DNA of 64,000 nucleotides from Escherichia coli (GTDB lineage Bacteria; Pseudomonadota; Gammaproteobacteria; Enterobacterales; Enterobacteriaceae): NCBI RefSeq assembly GCF_001677475.2, contig NZ_CP015229.1; one strand, 5' to 3'. Shown piece by piece: positions 1 to 11,996 of this stretch (position 1 is its first letter; each line of letters starts with the position of its first letter). The notes under the pieces were generated by a model. It saw only the letters and a program-made list of their open reading frames with translations, ran no database searches and was not told where the DNA came from. The position numbers and the translations under genes were made by a program.

Positions 1-193
1 AGAGCGCAGTGTCCTTGTAGCTGGCCCATGCAATATCCAGCGCGCGATCTTTTACCACCGTAAATGCCAGTCCCGCACCAGTACGGACATCAAACGCTTC
101 TGTACCCTTTGCTCTGCCACTACGTAACTCATAGTGTTTAATTCCGGCAACCTGCGAGAGATCGCCAATCCACGACCAAATTTCGTTTTTCAT
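1..193 (-). CDS. Aldose 1-epimerase-like (galactose mutarotase superfamily) protein, 5' part only; gene runs off the window start
   Basis: Minus-strand frame starts at ATG 191-193 (ATGA overlap with upstream kinase stop) and stays open to position 1; begins MKNEIWSWIGDLSQVAGIKHYELRSGRAKGTEAFDVRTGAGLAF...; family assignment from memory only. Confidence 0.4.
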   Translation of the reverse strand, partial: MKNEIWSWIGDLSQVAGIKHYELRSGRAKGTEAFDVRTGAGLAFTVVKDRALDIAWASYKDTAL

Positions 194-1152
194 TGTGCTG
201 CTTCCCGAATGGACATGTCATGGCGCTGGATGAACGTTTCGATTTCCGCAAGGCGAGACGTTCCCTCCATTGGGCCACGTCGGGTAACAGCCAGTGCACC
301 GCAGGCGTTGGCATATTGTAATGCCCGATGGGCGTCAAACCCTAGCTGGCGGCAGGCAATCCACGCGCCACCAAAGCAGTCTCCCGCACCGGTCGGGTCA
401 ACTTCTTCCACCGGATAGCTCTCAACATGAAACTGCTCATTCGCGGAGTAGTAACTGGCTCCTTGATTGCCGCGCTTCACAATCACCTCTTTAACACCTT
501 CTTCAAGAAAACCAGCGATTGCACGCTCCGGCGTCGAATGTGGCGACAAGAGCAACACTTCGCCCTCGCTGGGCATATAGATATCCGTTAACTCAAGAAC
601 AAAGTGGAGGGCGTCACGCATTTCTGGAATATCGAGCATCTCTTTTCGAATATTAGGGTCGAAAGAAATAACACCACCATTTGCTTTAACGATGGTTACC
701 GCTTTTTTTACTGCGTCTACCATATGAAACGAAAACAGGGATGAACCCATAATATGAAAATGGGTACAGTCCTTCAGAATATTTTCATCAACATGCTGCG
801 CCGATAATTTACCGCAAGCGGCATTCTTGATATTAAAAATAAAATCGCGATCGCCAGAGTTATGATAAGTAACAAAGGCGCTCCCGGTAGCTTCCAGAGG
901 TAAGACTGAAATCCCCCTGATATCCACACCGTCAGCAGCCAGACGATGTATATTAATATCACCAAAGCCATCATTCCCCACACAGCTAATGATGCCGCAC
1001 GGAACGCCAAGACGTGTCACCTGGTCGATAAAAATAGCGGGCGCACCACTGGGATAAGGGCCGTTCCAGATACCTGGTTGATCAAATGGCTGGCCGATTT
1101 TACTCGCCATAATTTCAACCAAAATTTCTCCAATTGTGAAGACCTTACTCAT
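190..1152 (-). CDS. PfkB/ribokinase-family carbohydrate kinase (kinase A)
   Basis: 320 aa ORF; C-terminal DPTGAGDCFGG motif typical of PfkB kinases; 21 bp downstream of permease gene. Confidence 0.85.
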   Translation of the reverse strand: MSKVFTIGEILVEIMASKIGQPFDQPGIWNGPYPSGAPAIFIDQVTRLGVPCGIISCVGNDGFGDINIHRLAADGVDIRGISVLPLEATGSAFVTYHNSGDRDFIFNIKNAACGKLSAQHVDENILKDCTHFHIMGSSLFSFHMVDAVKKAVTIVKANGGVISFDPNIRKEMLDIPEMRDALHFVLELTDIYMPSEGEVLLLSPHSTPERAIAGFLEEGVKEVIVKRGNQGASYYSANEQFHVESYPVEEVDPTGAGDCFGGAWIACRQLGFDAHRALQYANACGALAVTRRGPMEGTSRLAEIETFIQRHDMSIREAAQ

Positions 1153-1173
1153 ATGATTAATTCCTTGAAATGA

Positions 1174-2163
1174 TTAGCTGCGTTTTCTTTTATTTCTTAC
1201 GTCAAAATAAACGGCTACAAGAATGACTAATCCTTTAACCACCATCTGGTAAAAATAGGGAACATTCATTAAGTTCATGCCATTATTAATAACGCCGATG
1301 GTTAATGCGCCGATCACCGTCCCCACCACGGTTCCATAGCCGCCGTTCAGGCTGGTGCCTCCCAGTACAGCCGCGGCAATAGCATCCAGTTCGTAGCTCA
1401 ACGCGGAATTCGGTTGCCCGGAATAGAGGCGTGAGGCGAGGATCATCCCGCTGATACCTGCCAGCACGGCTGTAATCATAAAGACTTTAATTTTCAAGCG
1501 GGTGACATTTATCCCTGAATAAACTGCCGCTTCTTTATTACCACCAGTGATATAAATTTTTCGTCCAAAGGTTGTTTTAGTAAGAATGAAGTGGTTAATC
1601 AGCAATAAGATGATTAATATCCAGATAGGAATAGGTATATAGAGAAATTCTCCATTCCCCAGTGCCAGAAAGGCATCATCTTTAATCATGATGGGCATAC
1701 CATCGGTCACTATATAAGCGATACCACGGAAGATCCCCATTGTAGCAACGGTGACAATAAACGAAGGGATACCCGCTATAGCCGTCAAGCCACCATTTAT
1801 CATCCCCAGAGCCAGGGCTGCAATAATGGATAATGGGACCAATAAAATAAATGGAATTCCCCATGAAGCCCCAAGCGCAGCAAATGTGCCAATCAATGCA
1901 ATGGTTGAACCGACCGATAAATCAATATCGCCAAGCAAAAGTACATAAGTCATTCCATAGGCGGTAATTGCAATTATCGAAACCTGAAGAATAATATTAG
2001 TAATGTTATTGGCAGTAAAAAAACTGTCATTAATAAAACTGAACAGAATGATTAACACCACCATTCCACTGAGGATACCGCCATATTGCCTGAAGACTTT
2101 TTTAAAATTATTTGCAATGGGAATTTCCGAAGGTTTCGGACTGGCAAGAGTTTTCTCTGTCAT
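1174..2163 (-). CDS. Monosaccharide ABC transporter permease (RbsC-like)
   Basis: 329 aa hydrophobic multi-TM ORF; start abuts ATPase stop. Confidence 0.85.
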   Translation of the reverse strand: MTEKTLASPKPSEIPIANNFKKVFRQYGGILSGMVVLIILFSFINDSFFTANNITNIILQVSIIAITAYGMTYVLLLGDIDLSVGSTIALIGTFAALGASWGIPFILLVPLSIIAALALGMINGGLTAIAGIPSFIVTVATMGIFRGIAYIVTDGMPIMIKDDAFLALGNGEFLYIPIPIWILIILLLINHFILTKTTFGRKIYITGGNKEAAVYSGINVTRLKIKVFMITAVLAGISGMILASRLYSGQPNSALSYELDAIAAAVLGGTSLNGGYGTVVGTVIGALTIGVINNGMNLMNVPYFYQMVVKGLVILVAVYFDVRNKRKRS

Positions 2164-3663
2164 TTAACGTACTCCTGTTGCAGCGGTCATTACCTGTGTC
2201 TGCGTTAAATTTTCACATGAATAAATATCGGCAATCGTTTTATTACGCATTACCACCAGACGATCGCTAAGTGCCATGACTTCTGGCAGTTCAGAGGACA
2301 CCAGAATAATTGCTGTCCCTGCCGCAGCCAGTTGACGTATCACGTTATAGATTTCAAATTTTGCGCCGACATCTACTCCGCGCGTTGGCTCATCGAGCAA
2401 TAAAATACGCGGAGTTTTCTCCAGCCACTTCGATAACACGATTTTCTGTTGATTACCGCCGCTCAGCGCTCCCACTGCCTGATGTACAGAACTCACTTTA
2501 GTGTTCATTCTGGCAATAGATTGCAGCGTCTTCGCCTCTTCTTGTCGGTGATTGATGAGTCCCATCCGCGAAGCGTTATATTGAAACGCCACATGGTGCG
2601 TGTTCATATTGACGTCGTGCATCAGCACTAACCCTTCTTCCTTGCGGTTTTCGGTCACAAAAGCAATGCCATGATCAATAGCCTGTTTGGGATTAGCGAT
2701 CCTGACTTCCTTACCATCAATCAACACAGTCCCGTGATACGAAACGAGGCCAAATAGCGCCTTCATCACATCGGAACGCCCGGCCCCCACCAGGCCAAAA
2801 AATCCGAGGACTTCCCCCGGACGCACAGCGAAACTGACCTCTTTAAAAAGCGAAGGATGGGAAAGGTTTTTTACTTCCAGTTTTGCAGGAACATTTTCAT
2901 CCGGCTTTTCCCCAAGACGTGCTGGCCAAATATTTTTCATTTCCCGACCAACCATTTGGGCAATCAAATGCTGGATATCACTGTTTTTCTTTTCATGCGT
3001 AGCGATATACTCACCGTCGCGGATCACCGAAATATCATCTGAAATCCGCATAATTTCATCCATGCGATGAGAGATATAAATAACCGCACAGCCTCGCTGC
3101 TTTAATTTTTCAATAATGTTAAACAGAATCTCTGCTTCATTATCACTTAGCGAAGATGTCGGTTCATCCATAATCACGACATCCGCTGCATAGCTTAAGG
3201 CTTTGGCAATTTCTACCAGTTGCCTATGTGCCATCGACATATCGCCGACCATTTCCAGCGGATCCAGAGGGATGCCCAGTTCCGCGAGGAGATTCTGGCA
3301 ATCTGCGAGCATTTTTTTATCATTAATAATGCCAAAACGTCGCAGTTCATTATTGGCATAAATATTTTCCGCCACGGTCATATTATTACTCAGGCTCAGT
3401 TCCTGAAAAATAATCGCAATCCCTAACTGGCGAGAATGCTGCGGATTATTAATGGTAATGGTTTCACCACGTAGTGTTATCGTTCCCTGGGTTGGCGGAT
3501 AAACACCGGCGAGTATTTTCATTAATGTCGATTTACCGGCACCATTCTCGCCTAATAAAGTATGCACCCGCCCTTTACGTAAAGAGAGTGTAATATTTTT
3601 TAATGCCTGAACATGACCAAATGTCTTCGCAATATGCGAAACATCAAGAATAACATCCGTCAT
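2164..3663 (-). CDS. Monosaccharide ABC transporter ATP-binding protein, tandem two-domain (RbsA-like)
   Basis: 499 aa; Walker A GENGAGKST and second GLVGAGRSD; two ABC domains. Confidence 0.9.
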   Translation of the reverse strand: MTDVILDVSHIAKTFGHVQALKNITLSLRKGRVHTLLGENGAGKSTLMKILAGVYPPTQGTITLRGETITINNPQHSRQLGIAIIFQELSLSNNMTVAENIYANNELRRFGIINDKKMLADCQNLLAELGIPLDPLEMVGDMSMAHRQLVEIAKALSYAADVVIMDEPTSSLSDNEAEILFNIIEKLKQRGCAVIYISHRMDEIMRISDDISVIRDGEYIATHEKKNSDIQHLIAQMVGREMKNIWPARLGEKPDENVPAKLEVKNLSHPSLFKEVSFAVRPGEVLGFFGLVGAGRSDVMKALFGLVSYHGTVLIDGKEVRIANPKQAIDHGIAFVTENRKEEGLVLMHDVNMNTHHVAFQYNASRMGLINHRQEEAKTLQSIARMNTKVSSVHQAVGALSGGNQQKIVLSKWLEKTPRILLLDEPTRGVDVGAKFEIYNVIRQLAAAGTAIILVSSELPEVMALSDRLVVMRNKTIADIYSCENLTQTQVMTAATGVR

Positions 3664-3723
3664 AATGACCTCGGTGTCACAACAAAACGTCGATAACGTT
3701 TTGTTGTGAAATGAAGATGTTTA

Positions 3724-4620
3724 TTATTTACCTGTATAAACGCCGGGTTGTACCGGGATCATTTTTTCTACCGGTTTACCATTGAGGTGATCAACAGCGG
3801 CATCAATGGCTTTAGCACCCATTTGATCGGGATATTGCCGAATCACGGCCGCAAACGTTTTTTCACTGTCAACGGCATCACGCGCTTCTTTCATGCCGTC
3901 AAAACCAATGATTTTGATGTTGTCGTTATGCGCAGATTTCGCTGCGATAACCGCTGCCAACGCCGCATCATCACCAAAGCCAAACAGACCATTCAGGTTG
4001 GCGTTGGCCTGCATAATGTTTTGCGCAGTCGTTAACGCTTCAGCCCGCGTTATACCTGGCTGTTCAGCAACAATTCTAATATTCGGTGTCTCGCTTAACC
4101 CTTTCTTAAAACCATCAACGCGCGCAACCACCGATTGTAGTGCCGGATAAGAAATAATGGCTACAGTACCTTTGCCATTCAAAAGTTTGCCCATTAACTT
4201 GCCTGCTTCAACGCCTCCCGCGTAGTTATCGGTCGCAACATGCGATACGACCGGAACGCCTTCCGCAGCGACGTCGACGGTGATAACGGGAATACCGGCC
4301 TTATCGGCTTTAATTATCGCCGCCTGGACGCCTTTCGAATCAACCGGAGAGATAATAATGGCATCCACTTTTTTAGTAATAAAATCCTCAACATCAGAAA
4401 GTTGTTTGTTTAAATCCTGATTGGCAATAGAGACACTTAAATTGACATTGTCTTTTTTTGCCTCTTCTTTCATGGCATTCGCAAGATCAATATAGAAAGG
4501 ATGTTGCTGTGTTAATAATGACGCACCAATTTTATACTCTTTTGCCAATGAACTTTGCGAGAATAATGCCAGGCTCACCAACATAGCTGAACCAAGTAAT
4601 TTAATATTTTTCATAAACAA
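3724..4620 (-). CDS. Periplasmic sugar-binding protein (RbsB-like)
   Basis: 298 aa; N-terminal signal peptide ending SLALFSQSSLA; alternative start at 4614. Confidence 0.85.
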   Translation of the reverse strand: MFMKNIKLLGSAMLVSLALFSQSSLAKEYKIGASLLTQQHPFYIDLANAMKEEAKKDNVNLSVSIANQDLNKQLSDVEDFITKKVDAIIISPVDSKGVQAAIIKADKAGIPVITVDVAAEGVPVVSHVATDNYAGGVEAGKLMGKLLNGKGTVAIISYPALQSVVARVDGFKKGLSETPNIRIVAEQPGITRAEALTTAQNIMQANANLNGLFGFGDDAALAAVIAAKSAHNDNIKIIGFDGMKEARDAVDSEKTFAAVIRQYPDQMGAKAIDAAVDHLNGKPVEKMIPVQPGVYTGK

Positions 4621-4649
4621 TCCTCATTGTTTTTGTAGGTTACAACGTA

Positions 4650-5828
<1,179 letters not shown>

Positions 5829-6659
5829 ATGAAGAGTGTTAACGTGCCGAGAAAATCGTCTAACCTACTGAAACGCAGATTAAAAATTGCAGAAATTGTT
5901 GCCGCCCAGGGTGAAATCAAAGTTGATGACTTATCTGCGCAACTTGGTGTCTCTGGCGTGACGATCCGCGGCGATCTCAGTTATCTGGAGCAACAGGGAT
6001 ATTTAAAGCGATCATTTGGCGGTGCTATTGCGACACCACTCTCCTCTGAACCAGAAGCGATACAACCGATCGCGCCATTGTCTCTGGCACAACAAATGGA
6101 AATAGCACGACATTGCGCACGGTTAATTCGGGATCGTGACACGCTATTTCTTGGACATGGGACAATCTGCCGTAAGATCATTCCCTTGCTCAGCGAAGTG
6201 AAAAAACTGCGTCTGATCACCAACGATCCCGAACATGCGCTGCTGGCAAATCAGTTTATTGATGGCGAAATAATACTGGCTGGCAGTGAAATGCTGCGCC
6301 CCGACACCGCACTGGCCGGAAAACCGCTTGAACAGGCACTTCAGCATTTCACCATTACACATAGCATTCTGGAAATCAGCCATCTGGATGCTGATGGTAC
6401 TTTAAATATCAACGTTCCCAGACTTGCCGCTGCCTGGCAGCTCTGTTTCGATCATGCCCAAAATAAGACAGTTATCGTTGCCGCCGACCCTGCGCCATCA
6501 ACGGCTGCTATCGGGCATTTGCATCAGGCAGAAAATGTGATCGTCAGCCGCAGCATTAACGAACAATATCAGCAACAATTGCAGTCGGCTGATTTCGTTA
6601 TCCTTTATACCAGTAATGAGTGCTTTACCTGGTCCAATCGCGAAAGGCTTCAGGAATGA
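5829..6659 (+). CDS. DeoR-family transcriptional regulator
   Basis: 276 aa; N-terminal HTH region (LKRRLKIAEIV...LSAQLGVSGVTIRGDL) followed by DeoR-type C-terminal domain; AAAGG RBS upstream. Confidence 0.8.
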   Translation: MKSVNVPRKSSNLLKRRLKIAEIVAAQGEIKVDDLSAQLGVSGVTIRGDLSYLEQQGYLKRSFGGAIATPLSSEPEAIQPIAPLSLAQQMEIARHCARLIRDRDTLFLGHGTICRKIIPLLSEVKKLRLITNDPEHALLANQFIDGEIILAGSEMLRPDTALAGKPLEQALQHFTITHSILEISHLDADGTLNINVPRLAAAWQLCFDHAQNKTVIVAADPAPSTAAIGHLHQAENVIVSRSINEQYQQQLQSADFVILYTSNECFTWSNRERLQE

Positions 6660-6669
6660 GAGGGGTTTT

Positions 6670-7626
6670 GTGACAATAACTATCTGCGCTATGGGCGAAT
6701 TGCTGGCCGAGTTTTTGTCCCGCAACCCACATCAAAAATTCACTCAGCCTGGAGAGTTTATCGGGCCATTTCCCAGCGGTGCGCCAGCAATTTTTGCTGC
6801 TCAGGTGGCAAAACTGTCCCATCGGGCCATCTTCTTTGGATGTGTTGGTAATGATGATTTTGGCCGACTCATTATAGAGCGTCTCCGTCATGAAGGTGTC
6901 ATTACCGATGGGATTCGCGTTATGAACAATGCCGTCACAGGTACGGCGTTCGTGAGTTATCAAAATCCCCAGCAGCGGGATTTCGTCTTTAATATCCCTA
7001 ACAGCGCCTGCGGTTTGTTTACTGCTGAGCACATTGATAAGGATCTGCTAAAACAGTGTAACCATCTCCATATTGTGGGCTCATCGTTGTTCTCATTTCG
7101 CATGATCGATGTCATGCGTAAAGCAATAACGACGATCAAATCGGCTGGCGGCACCGTTTCTTTCGATCCCAATATTCGCAAAGAGATGCTGAGCATTCCT
7201 GAAATGGCGCAGGCCCTCGATTATTTGATTGAATATACGGATATTTTTATCCCCAGCGAAAGCGAACTCCCTTTCTTCGCGCGTCACAAAAATCTGCCAG
7301 AAGAACAGATTGTTAGCGATCTTCTCCACGGCGGCGTAAAACATGTGGCGATAAAACGCGCCCAGCGTGGGGCCAGCTATTACAAGCTTAAAAACGGTAC
7401 ATTACACGCCCAGCATGTTACAGGCCACGATATCGAAATTATCGATCCAACGGGTGCAGGCGACTGCTTTGGCGCAACGTTTATCACTCTTTTCTTATCC
7501 GGTTTCCCGGCACATAAGGCACTGCAATATGCAAATGCCAGCGGCGCGCTCGCCGTAATGCGGCAAGGTCCGATGGAAGGGATATCCTCACTGGCTGACA
7601 TTGAAGACTTTTTGCAGCAGCACTGA
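6670..7626 (+). CDS. PfkB/ribokinase-family carbohydrate kinase (kinase B), paralog of kinase A
   Basis: GTG start after GAGAGGGG RBS (ATG 6691 alternative); DPTGAGDCFGA motif; long blocks shared with kinase A. Confidence 0.8.
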   Translation: MTITICAMGELLAEFLSRNPHQKFTQPGEFIGPFPSGAPAIFAAQVAKLSHRAIFFGCVGNDDFGRLIIERLRHEGVITDGIRVMNNAVTGTAFVSYQNPQQRDFVFNIPNSACGLFTAEHIDKDLLKQCNHLHIVGSSLFSFRMIDVMRKAITTIKSAGGTVSFDPNIRKEMLSIPEMAQALDYLIEYTDIFIPSESELPFFARHKNLPEEQIVSDLLHGGVKHVAIKRAQRGASYYKLKNGTLHAQHVTGHDIEIIDPTGAGDCFGATFITLFLSGFPAHKALQYANASGALAVMRQGPMEGISSLADIEDFLQQH

Positions 7627-7718
7627 ACGGCAATTTTCTGTCAGATTATTTTCCCTGCCTGAAGACTTGCCGTAGAATTGCCCGTTTCTCGTATCCCCCC
7701 ATGAGGAGGACCCCTTCC

Positions 7719-7961
7719 GTGGACACTCGTTTTGTTCAGGCCCATAAAGAGGCGCGCTGGGCGCTGGGGCTGACCCTTTTGTATCTGGCGGTTTGGTTAG
7801 TAGCCGCTTACTTACCTGGCGTTGCCCCCGGTTTTACCGGCTTTCCGCGCTGGTTTGAGATGGCCTGCATCCTGACGCCGCTGCTGTTTATTGGACTGTG
7901 CTGGGCGATGGTGAAATTTATCTATCGCGATATCCCACTGGAGGATGACGATGCAGCTTGA
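7719..7961 (+). CDS. yhdT: Small membrane protein YhdT
   Basis: 80 aa from GTG (VDTRFVQAHKEARWALGLTLLYLAVWL...); overlaps panF start; upstream ATG 7701 is an alternative. Confidence 0.75.
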   Translation: MDTRFVQAHKEARWALGLTLLYLAVWLVAAYLPGVAPGFTGFPRWFEMACILTPLLFIGLCWAMVKFIYRDIPLEDDDAA

Positions 7962-9402
7962 AGTAATTCTACCGCTGGTCGCCTATCTGGTGGTGGTGTT
8001 CGGTATCTCTGTTTATGCGATGCGTAAACGGAGCACCGGCACCTTCCTTAATGAGTATTTCCTCGGCAGCCGCTCTATGGGCGGTATTGTGCTGGCGATG
8101 ACGCTCACCGCGACCTATATCAGTGCCAGTTCGTTTATCGGCGGGCCTGGAGCTGCTTATAAATACGGCCTGGGTTGGGTATTACTGGCGATGATTCAGC
8201 TTCCTGCAGTCTGGCTTTCACTCGGTATTCTCGGCAAGAAGTTCGCGATTCTTGCGCGCCGCTACAATGCAGTGACGCTGAACGATATGCTATTTGCCCG
8301 CTACCAGAGTCGTCTTCTGGTGTGGCTGGCGAGTTTGAGTTTGCTGGTTGCGTTCGTTGGTGCGATGACCGTGCAGTTTATCGGCGGTGCGCGCCTGCTG
8401 GAAACCGCGGCGGGTATTCCTTATGAAACCGGGCTGCTGATTTTTGGTATCAGCATTGCGTTATATACCGCCTTTGGTGGCTTTCGCGCCAGCGTGCTGA
8501 ACGACACCATGCAAGGGCTGGTAATGCTGATTGGCACCGTTGTGCTGCTTATTGGCGTGGTACATGCCGCTGGCGGCTTAAGCAACGCAGTACAGACCTT
8601 GCAAACTATCGATCCGCAACTGGTTACGCCACAAGGCGCTGACGATATTCTGTCGCCTGCCTTTATGACATCGTTCTGGGTACTGGTGTGTTTTGGCGTG
8701 ATTGGCCTGCCGCATACTGCGGTGCGCTGTATCTCTTATAAAGACAGCAAAGCCGTACACCGGGGGATCATCATCGGTACGATTGTGGTCGCAATTCTGA
8801 TGTTCGGTATGCACCTGGCCGGAGCGTTAGGTCGGGCGGTGATCCCCGATCTCACCGTACCGGACCTGGTGATCCCAACGTTAATGGTAAAAGTGCTGCC
8901 ACCGTTTGCTGCCGGGATCTTCCTGGCTGCACCGATGGCCGCGATCATGTCGACGATCAATGCCCAGTTGCTGCAAAGTTCCGCTACGATCATTAAAGAT
9001 CTCTATCTGAATATCCGTCCGGATCAAATGCAAAACGAGACGCGTCTGAAGCGGATGTCGGCGGTAATTACGTTAGTTCTCGGTGCGTTGCTGCTGCTTG
9101 CCGCCTGGAAGCCGCCAGAAATGATCATCTGGCTGAATTTGCTGGCCTTCGGTGGGCTGGAAGCCGTTTTCCTGTGGCCGCTGGTGCTGGGTCTTTACTG
9201 GGAACGCGCCAACGCCAAAGGCGCGCTAAGTGCGATGATCGTTGGCGGCGTACTGTATGCCGTACTCGCGACACTGAATATTCAGTACCTGGGCTTCCAC
9301 CCTATCGTGCCCTCGTTACTACTAAGTTTGCTGGCTTTCCTGGTCGGAAACCGTTTCGGTACATCCGTCCCGCAAGCTACCGTTTTTACTACTGATAAAT
9401 AA
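7951..9402 (+). CDS. panF: Sodium/pantothenate symporter
   Basis: 483 aa from [21 protein letters not shown]-family multi-TM protein. Confidence 0.92.
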
Positions 9403-9413
9403 AGAGTTTTGCC

Positions 9414-10295
9414 ATGCCTTGGATCCAACTGAAACTGAACACCACCGGCGCGAACGCGGAAGATCTTAGCGATGCGCTGATGGAAGCGGGTGCCGTTTCT
9501 ATCACTTTTCAGGATACCCACGATACGCCAGTATTTGAGCCGCTGCCGGGCGAAACTCGCCTGTGGGGCGACACCGATGTGATTGGTCTGTTCGACGCTG
9601 AAACCGATATGAACGACGTGGTGGCGATTCTGGAAAACCATCCGCTGCTCGGCGCAGGCTTCGCGCATAAAATCGAACAATTGGAAGATAAAGACTGGGA
9701 GCGCGAATGGATGGATAATTTCCACCCGATGCGCTTTGGTGAACGACTGTGGATCTGCCCAAGCTGGCGTGATGTCCCGGACGAAAACGCCGTCAACGTG
9801 ATGTTAGACCCAGGGCTGGCGTTTGGTACAGGGACTCATCCAACTACCTCTCTGTGCCTGCAATGGCTCGACAGCCTCGATTTAACTGGTAAAACGGTCA
9901 TCGACTTTGGCTGCGGTTCCGGCATTCTGGCTATTGCGGCGCTGAAGTTAGGTGCAGCAAAAGCCATTGGTATTGATATCGATCCGCAGGCGATTCAGGC
10001 CAGCCGCGACAACGCCGAACGTAATGGCGTTTCTGACCGTCTGGAACTCTACTTACCGAAAGATCAGCCAGAAGAAATGAAAGCCGACGTGGTGGTCGCT
10101 AACATCCTTGCAGGCCCATTACGTGAACTGGCACCGTTAATCAGCGTCCTGCCGGTTTCAGGCGGTTTGCTGGGCCTTTCCGGTATTCTGGCAAGCCAGG
10201 CAGAGAGCGTTTGTGAAGCTTATGCCGACAGCTTCGCACTGGACCCGGTCGTGGAAAAAGAAGAGTGGTGCCGCATTACCGGTCGTAAGAATTAA
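9414..10295 (+). CDS. prmA: Ribosomal protein L11 methyltransferase
   Basis: 293 aa; SAM-binding [15 protein letters not shown] motif. Confidence 0.93.
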
Positions 10296-10555
10296 CCTTC
10301 GCATCGCCGTAGGGTGACGCAGGGCGAAGTGCGAGCAAGGTCACAAAAGGCACGTTAATTTGCCGATTATTTACGCAAATTTGCGTGCCAAAATTTTCAT
10401 TCATAAAGAAAAATTGAGAACTTACTCAAATTTCTTTGAGTGTAAATTTTAGTCACTATTTTCTAATATGATGATTTTTATGAGTAATTATCGCGCCACG
10501 CTCATTTTAAATGCAATTCTTTGATCCATCTCAGAGGATTGGTCAAAGTTTGGCC

Positions 10556-10590
10556 TTTCATCTCGTGCAAAAAATGCGTAATATACGCCG
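10556..10590 (+). promoter_or_regulatory. dusB-fis operon promoter (fis P)
   Basis: TTTCAT -35, TAATAT -10 at 10579..10584, followed by GC-rich discriminator ACGCCGCC. Confidence 0.6.
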
Positions 10591-10623
10591 CCTTGCAGTC
10601 ACAGTATGGTCATTTCTTAACTC

Positions 10624-11589
10624 ATGCGCATCGGACAATATCAGCTCAGAAATCGCCTGATCGCAGCGCCCATGGCTGGCATTACAGACAGACCTTTTCG
10701 GACGTTGTGCTACGAGATGGGAGCCGGATTGACAGTATCCGAGATGATGTCTTCTAACCCACAGGTTTGGGAAAGCGACAAATCTCGTTTACGGATGGTG
10801 CACATTGATGAACCCGGTATTCGCACCGTGCAAATTGCTGGTAGCGATCCGAAAGAAATGGCAGATGCAGCACGTATTAACGTGGAAAGCGGTGCCCAGA
10901 TTATTGATATCAATATGGGTTGCCCGGCTAAAAAAGTGAATCGCAAGCTCGCAGGTTCAGCCCTCTTGCAGTACCCGGATGTCGTTAAATCGATCCTTAC
11001 CGAGGTCGTCAATGCAGTGGACGTTCCTGTTACCCTGAAAATTCGCACTGGCTGGGCACCGGAACACCGTAACTGCGAAGAGATTGCCCAACTGGCTGAA
11101 GACTGTGGCATTCAGGCTCTGACCATTCATGGCCGTACACGCGCCTGTTTGTTCAATGGAGAAGCTGAGTACGACAGTATTCGGGCAGTTAAGCAGAAAG
11201 TTTCCATTCCGGTTATCGCGAATGGCGACATTACTGACCCGCTTAAAGCCAGAGCTGTGCTCGACTATACAGGGGCGGATGCCCTGATGATAGGCCGCGC
11301 AGCTCAGGGAAGACCCTGGATCTTTCGGGAAATCCAGCATTATCTGGACACTGGGGAGTTGCTGCCCCCGCTGCCTTTGGCAGAGGTTAAGCGCTTGCTT
11401 TGCGCGCACGTTCGGGAACTGCATGACTTTTATGGTCCGGCAAAAGGGTACCGAATTGCACGTAAACACGTTTCCTGGTATCTCCAGGAACACGCTCCAA
11501 ATGACCAGTTTCGGCGCACATTCAACGCCATTGAGGATGCCAGCGAACAGCTGGAGGCGTTGGAGGCATACTTCGAAAATTTTGCGTAA
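10624..11589 (+). CDS. dusB: tRNA-dihydrouridine synthase B
   Basis: 321 aa; Dus family TIM-barrel. Confidence 0.93.
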   Translation: MRIGQYQLRNRLIAAPMAGITDRPFRTLCYEMGAGLTVSEMMSSNPQVWESDKSRLRMVHIDEPGIRTVQIAGSDPKEMADAARINVESGAQIIDINMGCPAKKVNRKLAGSALLQYPDVVKSILTEVVNAVDVPVTLKIRTGWAPEHRNCEEIAQLAEDCGIQALTIHGRTRACLFNGEAEYDSIRAVKQKVSIPVIANGDITDPLKARAVLDYTGADALMIGRAAQGRPWIFREIQHYLDTGELLPPLPLAEVKRLLCAHVRELHDFYGPAKGYRIARKHVSWYLQEHAPNDQFRRTFNAIEDASEQLEALEAYFENFA

Positions 11590-11614
11590 ACAGAAATAAA
11601 GAGCTGACAGAACT

Positions 11615-11911
11615 ATGTTCGAACAACGCGTAAATTCTGACGTACTGACCGTTTCTACCGTTAACTCTCAGGATCAGGTAACCCAAAAACCCCTGCGTGA
11701 CTCGGTTAAACAGGCACTGAAGAACTATTTTGCTCAACTGAACGGTCAGGATGTGAATGACCTCTATGAGCTGGTACTGGCTGAAGTAGAACAGCCCCTG
11801 TTGGACATGGTGATGCAATACACCCGTGGTAACCAGACCCGTGCTGCGCTGATGATGGGCATCAACCGTGGTACGCTGCGTAAAAAATTGAAAAAATACG
11901 GCATGAACTAA
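11615..11911 (+). CDS. fis: DNA-binding protein Fis
   Basis: 98 aa, [44 protein letters not shown]... Confidence 0.97.
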
Positions 11912-11935
11912 TTCAGGTTAGCTAAATGCTTGATT

Positions 11936-11973
11936 AAAAAGGCGCTACTCGGCATGGGGAAGCGCCTTTTTTA
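11936..11973 (+). terminator. Rho-independent terminator after fis
   Basis: AGGCGC...GCGCCT hairpin followed by TTTTTTAT. Confidence 0.7.
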
Positions 11974-11996
11974 TAGGTGTCACAAAGGGAGTGACC

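Noticed and set aside
7701-7718. Longer 86-aa version of yhdT starting at ATG 7701
   Set aside because: The conserved protein starts at VDTRF (GTG 7719) as I recall it; the upstream ATG cannot be excluded, so it is noted as an alternative start only.
10296-10555. Possible REP/BIME element between prmA and dusB
   Set aside because: GC-rich stretch at 10297..10340 lacks the REP consensus (GCCGGATGCGGCG...); the region is better explained as the upstream regulatory region of the fis promoter.
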